DNA of 35,016 nt. Origin: an uncultured Candidatus Saccharibacteria bacterium (GTDB lineage Bacteria > Patescibacteriota > CALEFQ01). A program made the translations under genes and the position numbers. This document shows, piece after piece, positions 16,332-24,042 of the stretch. Location: assembly GCA_965230955.1 (NCBI GenBank), contig OZ246404.1, positions 648,410 through 683,425 on the forward strand, written 5' to 3'. Numbering within the stretch: the first letter of the stretch is position 1; every line of letters begins with the position of its first letter. The notes under the pieces are model-generated. The model was not told the origin of the DNA and searched no databases. It was given only the letters and a program-made list of their open reading frames with translations.

Positions 16332-17451
16332 TCTTCCCCTTCACCTCGGTGAATAATCCCCCTTCCGCCAATCTTATTTTCAGCAACTCACCAACTTTTA
16401 CTTGACCGGCTCGACTCACCACTCGATCTTTCCGATAAACGAGACTGTAACCGCGAGAAAGCACCGCCTCCGGACTCAGAGCGACAATTTTATGATAAAG
16501 CAGATCCTGCGACTGCGAGCACTCGCGGATAAAACGAGCAAATCCCGATTGTACCTGCTCCCAAACCTGCTTGATTTCTGCCGGCAGTTCTTTCCAGTGA
16601 TTTTTTACTTGAGTCAGCTTAAAAGCAAATTCATCCAATTGCCGCGCTAATTCATCGCGATGAGGGACGATTTCCTCCGCCGCATTAGATGGAGTGGACG
16701 ACCTGTGGTCAGCCACCAGATCGGCTATAGTCACGTCTTTCTCGTGACCGACGGCGGAAAGAACCGGAAGGGACGAGGCCACAATCGCCCGCGCCACGCG
16801 TTCGTCATTAAATCCCCAAAGATCTTCCAACGAACCGCCGCCCCTGGTCAGAACAATCAAGTCCACCTCATTTTCAGAATTGAATGCTTGCAGAGCCGCA
16901 ACAATTTGGCCGGGCGACTTGTCCCCTTGGACTAAAACATCCCGTAAAACAAGTTCCACGCCGCCGAAACGGTGAGACAATACTTTCTTGAAATCTTTCC
17001 AAGCCGCGCCGTCTTTGGAAGAAATGACGCCGATTCGTGCGGGAAAAGCCGGCAGCGGTTTTTTGCGCTCGTCAGCAAATAGCCCTTCGGCCTGTAATTT
17101 TTGCTTAAGCTTTTCTAGTTGCTGCTGGAGCGAACCTTGCCCGACGGTTTCTATCGTCTGTACTTTGAGCTGGTAATCGCCCCGCTTGGCATACAAGCTG
17201 ACCTGGCCAAAAACCACGATGGCCTGGCCGTCCGTCATCTCAACCGGCATTTTTTTTAGAACATCATCACGCACAATGCAGCGAATCTGGGCGGATTCAT
17301 CTTTGAGGGTAAAATAGTTATAAACCCAAGACCGTGACTGCTTAAACTCGGAAACTTCCCCGCTCACCCAGACCCAAAACTGCTCGAGCACCGCTCGCGC
17401 CTGGTCATTCAATTGAGATACCGTCAGAACTGACTTCTCGTCTTTGATCAT
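16321..17451 (-). CDS. xseA: Exodeoxyribonuclease VII large subunit (short C-terminal helical region)
   Basis: WVSGEVS, YFTLKD OB fold; GLF..ERK, RGGGSLEDLWGFN, SAVGHEKD.TIAD.VAD.R..TPS, LSRGYS. Confidence 0.96.
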   Translation of the reverse strand: MIKDEKSVLTVSQLNDQARAVLEQFWVWVSGEVSEFKQSRSWVYNYFTLKDESAQIRCIVRDDVLKKMPVEMTDGQAIVVFGQVSLYAKRGDYQLKVQTIETVGQGSLQQQLEKLKQKLQAEGLFADERKKPLPAFPARIGVISSKDGAAWKDFKKVLSHRFGGVELVLRDVLVQGDKSPGQIVAALQAFNSENEVDLIVLTRGGGSLEDLWGFNDERVARAIVASSLPVLSAVGHEKDVTIADLVADHRSSTPSNAAEEIVPHRDELARQLDEFAFKLTQVKNHWKELPAEIKQVWEQVQSGFARFIRECSQSQDLLYHKIVALSPEAVLSRGYSLVYRKDRVVSRAGQVKVGELLKIRLAEGGLFTEVKGKSKK

Positions 17452-17461
17452 TATCAAAGAG

Positions 17462-17986
17462 TTATTTGCCGATAGAATCAGACATCAAGGTAAAAGCCAC
17501 CTTTTCCCCGAATTCTTCCGCCGCGTCAGCGCCGTTAGCAGTAATAATTTTTCCCTGAGTCTCAATGCTCACGCCGGTAAACTTAGCGCCGGCTTTTTCC
17601 AGAGCGGATTTCTCGGACGAAAAAGCGGTAGCGCGAATGCCTTTTAGCAAACCGGCTTTCGCCAAAATCGTCGGCGCGATACAAATGGCGGCCACGACCT
17701 TATCCGCCGCGGCGGCTTCCTTCGCCAATTTGAGCGCCTCGGAATCTTTGAAGTAATCAGACGCACCGTCCCCGCCAATAAACACAATCCCGTCAAACTC
17801 ATCAAGCTTGACGTCCGCAAGCGCGAAATCAGGATCCACTTTCCCGCCATCCACTCCTTTGGCCGGATCTTTAGTTTTGGAAGCGGTGCTGACAGTCACA
17901 TCGTTGTCGATTAACGCCGCTTTGGTGTCGAGATACTCTTTGTCTTTGTAGCCATCTTGAGCCACAATCAATAATGCTTTGGGCAT
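17462..17986 (-). CDS. DJ-1/PfpI family protein
   Basis: GYKDKE, FIGGDG, AAICIAP nucleophile elbow, IITANG. Confidence 0.92.
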   Translation of the reverse strand: MPKALLIVAQDGYKDKEYLDTKAALIDNDVTVSTASKTKDPAKGVDGGKVDPDFALADVKLDEFDGIVFIGGDGASDYFKDSEALKLAKEAAAADKVVAAICIAPTILAKAGLLKGIRATAFSSEKSALEKAGAKFTGVSIETQGKIITANGADAAEEFGEKVAFTLMSDSIGK

Positions 17987-18049
17987 AAACGATAAAAGCT
18001 TTCTGCCGGTCCCGAAGAGAGGCAGAATAATAAAGGATTAACAAGGTCC

Positions 18050-18077
18050 AGTATAGCAAAAACAATAGACATTTCAA
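18050..18077 (-). promoter_or_regulatory. Sigma70 promoter for the pfpI-xseA-xseB unit
   Basis: TTGAAA-N16-TATACT with TG extension. Confidence 0.6.
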
Positions 18078-18117
18078 TAGTTGGTCTCTTGGGCTAAAGA
18101 CAAAAGACCAAAGACTT

Positions 18118-18144
18118 AAAAAACCTTGCTTCGCAAGGTTTTTT
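18118..18144. terminator. Intrinsic terminator (A6/T6-flanked) downstream of the ncRNA
   Basis: aaaaaa-ccttgc-ttc-gcaagg-tttttt. Confidence 0.85.
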
Positions 18145-18154
18145 AAGCCCGGAC

Positions 18155-18291
18155 AAGCCGGGCCCAGTCCCGCACTAAAGTGTTATACTTGATGCGGCGA
18201 AACTGTTCGTACAGCCGAAGCTGCATACCAGTTCTGCCTCTTTATCAAGCAGTCCCAGATTAGAGGAGACTCAAGCACCGATTGCCCAGGC
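18155..18291 (-). ncRNA. Structured non-coding RNA, 6S RNA-like candidate
   Basis: Rod-like fold by eye: apical cUUCGg hairpin UGCAGC/GCUGUA, AACUG/CAGUU, GGC/GCC, UGCUUGAU/AUCAAGUA, about 14 nt bubble on each side, AGUCUC/GGGACU, closing GCC(U)GGGC/GCCCGGC; own promoter and terminator; no ORF. Confidence 0.55.
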
Positions 18292-18297
18292 GTCAAT

Positions 18298-18326
18298 ATA
18301 GTATCAGTTTACTATGTTTTTGTCAA
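18298..18326 (-). promoter_or_regulatory. Near-consensus sigma70 promoter driving the ncRNA
   Basis: TTGACA-N17-TACTAT. Confidence 0.8.
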
Positions 18327-18327
18327 A

Positions 18328-18744
18328 TTAGGGATTGAGACTGCTCGGCATATCTAATTTATCTTTCATCTGCAAATCAGTCGTGGTGGCGTCAGCCGTG
18401 TGTTCCAATCCGTCGCTAGTTTTATACTTCAACTCATAATTACCGGTCAACAGATCCGCTTTATAATTATAATTCTCGCCGGCCATGGGACTTGAAGGTA
18501 CTTGATCCAGGTAAGCCGGGACCAAGGCGCTAAGTGAAGGAGGGAAAGTTCTTTCCTTTTGGGCATAAGAGAGCAAAGCGGAACGAATTTGCGAAATATC
18601 GCTATTGATCTGCTTGTCTTGGGCGAGATCTTCTTGGAGGTATTGCCCTGTCCCCGCTTGTTGCATATATCCCGGCGTCGTCCCGCAACCGGTAGCAACC
18701 AGCACCAAAGCAAAAAATAATACCGGAAAGAGAAGATTCAACAT
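18328..18744 (-). CDS. Lipoprotein with GspG/type IV pilin-like globular domain
   Basis: Lipobox VATGC; SDISQIRSALLSY...FP.SL..LVP.YL..VP..P...Y.Y pattern; ATG at 18744 preferred. Confidence 0.6.
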   Translation of the reverse strand: MLNLLFPVLFFALVLVATGCGTTPGYMQQAGTGQYLQEDLAQDKQINSDISQIRSALLSYAQKERTFPPSLSALVPAYLDQVPSSPMAGENYNYKADLLTGNYELKYKTSDGLEHTADATTTDLQMKDKLDMPSSLNP

Positions 18745-18751
18745 ATATTTA

Positions 18752-19891
18752 TCAAAACAATCGAATAACTTCATAAATGATAGCTAACACATAAACAAAC
18801 AAAACAATGCCCTGAATCCAGACCGGGAAGTTTATTTGAAATTCCGGTTTCCGCTGTCCGGTCACCCGAGCCCGGCGGTACATCAGAACATAAATAATGC
18901 CCGTCAAACCGCCGGTGATGCTACCGACAAAACTGATCGTGGCGACAAAACCGCTTACATCGAAAAAGAAAAAAACAATGGGGAAAATCAAAGTCAGTAA
19001 CAGAGCCAACCCGCGCTTCATTTTGTAATCAAACGTGTACATGTTGCGCAAAACGATTCCGGAAATGAAGAAAGAAGTACCGACCGCCACTAATCCGAAA
19101 ACCGCCAGCAACAAAGGAGACCACGGCGGCAAATACTGCTGGACCGTGCCGATAGAATCGGGAGTGGTCTGAGCGCCGCCCAGCCCGAGGATCGCGATAG
19201 TGAAGGCTAAGTTAATGGCCGTCGCGATCAAACCGCCCCACAAGATTGCCTTACTCAGCTTCTTCGCTTGCCCTTTGAGAATATTATTCAGCAAAGTGAT
19301 TGAGGCGGCGCCATTCAATGAAAATATAATGACTCCAAAAGGGAAAAGGATCTGGGTGAAATCAGACGTGGAGAAATTGACGGCCGCTATCCGCGGCACC
19401 GCCATGATGAAAATCACCGTCACTATCGCGATGAAAGCCGCCGTGAAAATCAGGTCAGCCTTTGAAACGATGCGCAGACCCATAATCACGAAGCAAGCGC
19501 AGATACCAAAAAAAATAACTCCCCAAACCAGCGGCGTCAGAGAAACATTTGCTCCAAAAGCACTGCGTAAAAAATCAGCTCCACCGATTATATAAATCAG
19601 CATTCCCCCGTAAATACCGGTCAAATTGGCTAAGAGCATCACTACTCGCCCGGGCTTGCCCAAATAAGTCCCGGCATAACCCGTCGCTTCATGATGGATC
19701 CCTAGCGTACGCAACATCACTTCCCCGTACATCAACATAATAACGATATTGACCATCGCCAACACCGCGAAAATAATTAGGGATGGCCAAAAACCAGCTT
19801 TCGCAAAAGCATAGGGCAATGCAAAAATACCAGCCCCAATAATGGTGCTGATAAGTGTTGCGACCGCAAAAATGAAGTTTTTGTTTTCCAT
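18752..19891 (-). CDS. Aromatic amino acid permease (Trp/Tyr, HAAAP family)
   Basis: TIIGAGIFALP, LMYGEV, GKPGR, PFGVIIFS, TSF; about 11 TM. Confidence 0.88.
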   Translation of the reverse strand: MENKNFIFAVATLISTIIGAGIFALPYAFAKAGFWPSLIIFAVLAMVNIVIMLMYGEVMLRTLGIHHEATGYAGTYLGKPGRVVMLLANLTGIYGGMLIYIIGGADFLRSAFGANVSLTPLVWGVIFFGICACFVIMGLRIVSKADLIFTAAFIAIVTVIFIMAVPRIAAVNFSTSDFTQILFPFGVIIFSLNGAASITLLNNILKGQAKKLSKAILWGGLIATAINLAFTIAILGLGGAQTTPDSIGTVQQYLPPWSPLLLAVFGLVAVGTSFFISGIVLRNMYTFDYKMKRGLALLLTLIFPIVFFFFDVSGFVATISFVGSITGGLTGIIYVLMYRRARVTGQRKPEFQINFPVWIQGIVLFVYVLAIIYEVIRLF

Positions 19892-21043
19892 TTACTTTCC
19901 ACTTTTCCGAAAAACTTGAAAGAGTTTTGCTAATTCCAAAGGAACTTCAGCCGTGGGCTTGGAAAAGGCGCAAGTTGCTAAAATACTCATCTTGGCCCGC
20001 AACATTTTCCCTGGATCGTTTTTAACCTGTCGATACAGTATTCGGATACTCTCGGGAGAATAACGCTCTAAGTGCAATTCCGAGAGAGGCAAACACTCAA
20101 ATAGATACTCAGAACCTTTGGCCTGCTCGATTTGGCCACGGCAGGCATCAATTAAAGATGTTTGTTTCATTATATTTAAAAAGCCAAAAAGACATCTTTC
20201 CTCCACCCCTCCTTCTTCAGCCAAACTTAGAACTTTTTTAGCAATACCTTGAATATCCAATTGCGGCTCCTTCTTCAGGTCATCAGCTGTCGTCTCCAAC
20301 CAATCTATCATTTCATCGACTTTGTGGCTGTCAACTCCGGGGCTGTTTTTTACAACATTAATCCATTTGTCTAATGGACGAGAAAAAAACGCTTCTTCTA
20401 CCAGCAAATATCTTTCCAGCTCACTGGGAATCGTCGCAAACTCCTGTAAAAGTTCTTTATTTCCCGTTAAAGACTTTTCTTTCATAATGCGGTAAATCTC
20501 TGCCAAAGGAGTATTAAGCTCAATACTAGGCAGCACCTTTCTAACATCCTGTATCATTTCTTGATGCGCCTGCCGGCTTCGTTCAAATAACTTATCGAAA
20601 TTAGTCCCGGTCCAGCTCTTTAGTTTTACTACGGGGACTCCATTTTCGAGGGCTTCAAAAGCAATACTGGCAGCCGTAACACCACAGAAGACTTCTCTGT
20701 ATTTTGAGTTCCACTGGATGTATTCCTGCTTTGTGAGATGCTCTTTTTGCCGATCAGGCAAATCATCATAGCCACTACTTTTTGACCATTCGCGTTCTAT
20801 TTCCAAAACTTGCCGAGCGAGTTCTGATTTTGAATCGTCAGACACCTGCCATTTATTCAGCTGGGAAATATGTTCAATTGCCTCGTGTAATTGCCTGGTT
20901 CTTTCAGATTCATAGATACCTACCGACTCCGCTTGGCGAATAATTTGCTTGGCATCGATGGGCACATATTCAAAAGATGGTTTTTCGCTGCTAACTGGTT
21001 CAATATATTCAGTTGGAGGTTCTAGTTCCTTTTTGTTTCTCAT
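19892..21043 (-). CDS. Hypothetical all-helical protein, no recognised family
   Basis: About 383 aa open frame, visibly AT-richer than the flanks; stop abuts the permease ATG (TAAATG); start 21043 or 21049 uncertain. Confidence 0.7.
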   Translation of the reverse strand: MRNKKELEPPTEYIEPVSSEKPSFEYVPIDAKQIIRQAESVGIYESERTRQLHEAIEHISQLNKWQVSDDSKSELARQVLEIEREWSKSSGYDDLPDRQKEHLTKQEYIQWNSKYREVFCGVTAASIAFEALENGVPVVKLKSWTGTNFDKLFERSRQAHQEMIQDVRKVLPSIELNTPLAEIYRIMKEKSLTGNKELLQEFATIPSELERYLLVEEAFFSRPLDKWINVVKNSPGVDSHKVDEMIDWLETTADDLKKEPQLDIQGIAKKVLSLAEEGGVEERCLFGFLNIMKQTSLIDACRGQIEQAKGSEYLFECLPLSELHLERYSPESIRILYRQVKNDPGKMLRAKMSILATCAFSKPTAEVPLELAKLFQVFRKSGK

Positions 21044-21166
21044 AAACACTGCTCTCTTTAGCGTATTTTAGAATAACAAATTTTTGATTGGCTCGTCGAT
21101 GAAATCAGGGCCAGCCTTCATCCAATTAGGATTGGATAGATGCCCAACCTTAGTTTGCCAAAGGCG

Positions 21167-21260
21167 TGGAACCGTTGGCTGGATTTGAACTTGCTTGCGC
21201 AAGCAAGCCGGCAACCACCTCCTTACCATGGAGGGACTTTACCCAAAGAGCTACATCGGC
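21167..21260 (-). pseudogene. Decayed tRNA-Thr(GGT) copy with an 18 bp palindrome inserted in the T arm
   Basis: Colinear with 21353-21428; anticodon arm identical; mismatches in acceptor, D and T stems; CTTGCTTGCGCAAGCAAG inserted between G53 and T54. Confidence 0.85.
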
Positions 21261-21352
21261 GCCCAGCGACTGGCGGGCAAGTCTGTCTACTGCCTGCTCT
21301 CCGTAGGCTGATATGGAGAAGGAGGGAGCTTATAACGCAAATTTTATTTATC

Positions 21353-21428
21353 TGGAGCCGTTGGCCGGATTTGAACCGGCGACCACCTCCTTACCATGGA
21401 GGTGCTCTACCAACTGAGCTACAACGGC
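21353..21428 (-). tRNA. tRNA-Thr(GGT)
   Basis: 76 nt cloverleaf GCCGTTG/CAACGGC, CCTCC-ATGGTAA-GGAGG, TTCAAAT, encoded CCA. Confidence 0.97.
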
Positions 21429-21453
21429 CCGCCTACGCCAAGGCTTCGGCGGG
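21428..21453. repeat. Hairpin element type A abutting the tRNA-Thr(GGT) 5' end
   Basis: cccgcctacgccaaggcttcggcggg; 24/26 identical to 21623-21648. Confidence 0.85.
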
Positions 21454-21507
21454 CAGGCCCGAAGGTTGACGCAAAACGATTAACTTCAAAATAACTCACG
21501 ACGCTTA

Positions 21508-21547
21508 CTGGCTTGCCAGACGAAGCTCGGCCAAGCCGAGCGTAGTC
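21508..21547. repeat. Hairpin element type B abutting the tRNA-Thr(CGT) 3' CCA
   Basis: 40 nt, 38/40 identical to 21737-21776. Confidence 0.9.
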
Positions 21548-21623
21548 TGGAGCCGAGGGCGGGATTTGAACCCGCGACCTGCGCGTTACGAATGCGCTGC
21601 TCTACCAACTGAGCTACCTCGGC
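21548..21623 (-). tRNA. tRNA-Thr(CGT)
   Basis: 76 nt cloverleaf GCCGAGG/CCTCGGC, loop TTCGTAA, TTCAAAT, encoded CCA; A31-C39 mismatch. Confidence 0.93.
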
Positions 21624-21648
21624 CCGCCTACGCTAAAGCTTCGGCGGG
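21623..21648. repeat. Hairpin element type A abutting the tRNA-Thr(CGT) 5' end
   Basis: cccgcctacgctaaagcttcggcggg. Confidence 0.85.
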
Positions 21649-21736
21649 TAAACTCGCGAAGCACTAGCGCAGAAAGACCAACTGCCCTTCGGCAAATCCA
21701 GCTTGGTGCTGAAATCCAGCCTGAGCTTGCTAACGT

Positions 21737-21776
21737 CTGGCCTGCCAGACGAAGCTCGGCGAAGCCGAGCGTAGTC
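21737..21776. repeat. Hairpin element type B abutting the tRNA-Gly 3' CCA
   Basis: ctggcctgccagacgaagctcggcgaagccgagcgtagtc. Confidence 0.9.
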
Positions 21777-21850
21777 TGGAGCGGGATACCAGAATCGAAC
21801 TGGCGTCTTCGCCTTGGGAAGGCGGTATACTACCACTGTACTAATCCCGC
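21777..21850 (-). tRNA. tRNA-Gly(CCC)
   Basis: 74 nt cloverleaf GCGGGAT/ATCCCGC, loop TTCCCAA, TTCGATT, U73, encoded CCA. Confidence 0.95.
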
Positions 21851-21896
21851 ATTCTCTAGTTCCTCGCCTAAAAACGAAGAAATCCAACCAGAACGT

Positions 21897-21962
21897 TTCT
21901 TGGTTCATTTGATCTCGGTTCCGTGAAATCCCGCTCAGAACCGAGATCTATTGAACTAAGAA
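21897..21962. repeat. Long hairpin between the prsA-like gene and the tRNA cluster
   Basis: gatctcggttc/gaaccgagatc perfect 11 bp plus outer 10/11 bp arms. Confidence 0.75.
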
Positions 21963-21968
21963 CCGGTT

Positions 21969-22979
21969 TTATAACCACTGAGAGACTTTAGCACCTTTCT
22001 CTTTTTCTTTCAACCAAGAATCAAAATAGGCGAAAAGAATGTGGGAAGCATCAACCTGTTCAACAGTTTCTCCGCTTTCATTCGGCTTATTCTCTTTGGC
22101 ATTCACTTTGATTATATGGTAGCCATATTCCGTCTCTACGACGCCGCTGACAGCACCGGGTTGCAGTGAAAAAGCAGCTTCTTCAAATGAAGGAATCATC
22201 ATTCCGCGACCAAAAAAACCCAATTCCCCGCCCAGCTCAGCCGATTGGGCATCGTCGCTGTATTGCTTGGCTAATTCGGCAAATTTATCGGGATTTTCCT
22301 GAGCCTGCTTCGAAACTTCTTCGGCGCGCTGACGTGCGATTGTTTTGTATTCCTCAGTGTCTTTGATTTTTTCTTCCAATTTCTTGCGCTCCACAAAAGG
22401 TCGGATGGCCAAATCCATAATCATTTTTTTGTCATTCCAGCCGAATTGCTGATCAAAAGCTTTGAGCGCTTCGTCTTCTTTTCCGCCCATCTGAGCAACA
22501 TAACTTTGGAATTCGGCATCGACATCGCTATCGGAAACCTTGACGCCCATTTGCTGGCACAAAGAAGAGATCAAGGCTTCTTTTTTGAGCTTTTCTTTGA
22601 CGTTAGTTTCAATTTCTTCCACCATGGCCTTACCTTCTTCCGTCGAAAAATCCGTTTGCAACTGACTCGAGAAAAAGTGCTTCATGGCTTCCACGTGCTG
22701 GCGAAAACGATTCATGGTAACGGTCTGTGAATCCACCGACATCAAGGGGTAAGGAACAATCTTTATGAGAGAATTAAACGCCTGATTTCCGGAAAATTCT
22801 CGATCCCAGCGTTTTTTGTAAATGCCGAGCCCGAAAATAACGACAAAAGCGACAATCGCAATCACGACTACCGCCACGATCACCCCAATAAGCTTAAACC
22901 AGCTTTTTTTTGAACGGGGCGCTTTCTTGACCGGAGTACTAGCCTTTGTCTCCAGTTCTTTCTTTGGTGCTGTTTCCAT
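21969..22979 (-). CDS. Parvulin-type peptidyl-prolyl isomerase, PrsA/SurA-like foldase
   Basis: N-terminal TM, SurA_N-like helices, FAELAKQYSDD..S...GGELG, FEEAAF, ETEYGYHIIKV. Confidence 0.92.
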   Translation of the reverse strand: METAPKKELETKASTPVKKAPRSKKSWFKLIGVIVAVVVIAIVAFVVIFGLGIYKKRWDREFSGNQAFNSLIKIVPYPLMSVDSQTVTMNRFRQHVEAMKHFFSSQLQTDFSTEEGKAMVEEIETNVKEKLKKEALISSLCQQMGVKVSDSDVDAEFQSYVAQMGGKEDEALKAFDQQFGWNDKKMIMDLAIRPFVERKKLEEKIKDTEEYKTIARQRAEEVSKQAQENPDKFAELAKQYSDDAQSAELGGELGFFGRGMMIPSFEEAAFSLQPGAVSGVVETEYGYHIIKVNAKENKPNESGETVEQVDASHILFAYFDSWLKEKEKGAKVSQWL

Positions 22980-23004
22980 AAAAAGTTTTGTTAATAATTA
23001 TTGA

Positions 23005-23436
23005 TTAGTCTTGACTGGCAAAAAAGTAATTATACCATTTTTTGAAAATCGGTAGATAGGCGGTGGCTTTAGCATCCTCCGGAGCCGGCGCGAATTCTTC
23101 CGCCGTCCGCACGACCGCCGCATCTTTTTCTTCGATAGCCACGACAGTTTCCCCCGGTTTCTGCAATCCCAGATTTTCTCGCGCCACCTTTTCCTGATAC
23201 GAATCGGTTTTCAGGTAAGACAGCATATCCTGGAGGCGCTGGTTTTCTTTTACCAGTGTTTCCCGTCGCTCTTTTATCGACTTTATCTCCTGCGACACTT
23301 CGTATTTTTTATGAATCACGCGGCTCAGGAAATAAGCCATGACCACAAATACTAATACCGCTACAATCACAAAAACTTTCGAGCGCAGAACTCGCTTGAC
23401 CAGCGAACCTTCAGGTTGGCTTTGATCCATCGCCAT
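23005..23436 (-). CDS. Septum formation initiator, FtsB/DivIC family
   Basis: Single TM, coiled coil, Y.EKVARENLGL.KPGE. Confidence 0.88.
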   Translation of the reverse strand: MAMDQSQPEGSLVKRVLRSKVFVIVAVLVFVVMAYFLSRVIHKKYEVSQEIKSIKERRETLVKENQRLQDMLSYLKTDSYQEKVARENLGLQKPGETVVAIEEKDAAVVRTAEEFAPAPEDAKATAYLPIFKKWYNYFFASQD

Positions 23437-24040
23437 TAATTTTGACCTTAATCTCCGCCGTCTTAGAAGCAGGGGCGGCAGCGGTTTCGTTTTTCACCTT
23501 CTGGATATAATCGACGAGCTCTTTGGCCGACAACCCCGACTGGGGATTCTGCCGTTGGGCAAATTCCTGGACCTTGCTCAACTTGTCTTTAACGATTTCT
23601 GGAGTTTCCACGGCCTCGATACAGATCGGCTTTTTGTCACCCCCCAGATTAACATAAACATTGCCATAACCAAAGAGAGTTGCCATTAATCCCTTGATTT
23701 CAAAAGTCACTTCCATGATCCAAGCATGCGGGGCTTCCCGCACCCGGCGCAAAAACATTCCGCGTTGTTCGATATCGATTATCCGCTGACTTGTCACCAG
23801 GGTCAAATTGAAGTACCATGTAAACCAGGAAATCAACAACCAGACGATACTGACCGCCCACCAGGCAATGACCAGGATAGTCAACCAAGAATAGGTGAAA
23901 ATGTAGGATAAGAACGGCATGGTCACCCCGACAAAGACTATCGTCCGGATCACCGGCCACAGAAAAGAGGCCCAGTGCTGGCGCAACAACAAAACCGGCT
24001 CTTCCCCTTCCCGTAAATTTTGTTTAAAATAAGAACCCAT
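23411..24040 (-). CDS. Bacterial PH-domain (bPH_2) membrane protein
   Basis: RQHW, two TM, VTSQRIIDIEQRG.F.R, GL.ATLFGYG.V. Confidence 0.85.
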   Translation of the reverse strand: MGSYFKQNLREGEEPVLLLRQHWASFLWPVIRTIVFVGVTMPFLSYIFTYSWLTILVIAWWAVSIVWLLISWFTWYFNLTLVTSQRIIDIEQRGMFLRRVREAPHAWIMEVTFEIKGLMATLFGYGNVYVNLGGDKKPICIEAVETPEIVKDKLSKVQEFAQRQNPQSGLSAKELVDYIQKVKNETAAAPASKTAEIKVKINGDGSKPT

Positions 24041-24042
24041 TT

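Noticed and set aside
18155-18291. tmRNA, RNase P RNA or SRP RNA identity for the ncRNA
   Set aside because: No tRNA-like ends, no GAGGAAAGUCC P4 motif and no GGAA/GCAG SRP domain IV motif
21167-21428. tRNA duplication as attL/attR of an integrated element
   Set aside because: Only 92 nt separate the copies, the whole gene rather than the 3' part is duplicated, and no integrase is present; kept only as a weak alternative
21140-21469. 109 aa ORF with a repeated PPPYHGG motif
   Set aside because: Antisense read of the tRNA-Thr gene and its decayed duplicate; the repeat comes from the duplication
21649-21736. Spacer with a 9 nt direct repeat (aaatccagc twice) and small hairpins, possibly another RNA
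   Set aside because: No cloverleaf or recognisable family; pairings are too short to support a call
21428-21776. Near-identical 26 and 40 nt repeats that could be read as a CRISPR array
   Set aside because: Only two copies of each, separated by tRNA genes, with no regular spacer period and no cas genes
21633-21908. 91 aa minus-strand ORF
   Set aside because: Runs through tRNA-Gly and a repeat element; not protein-like
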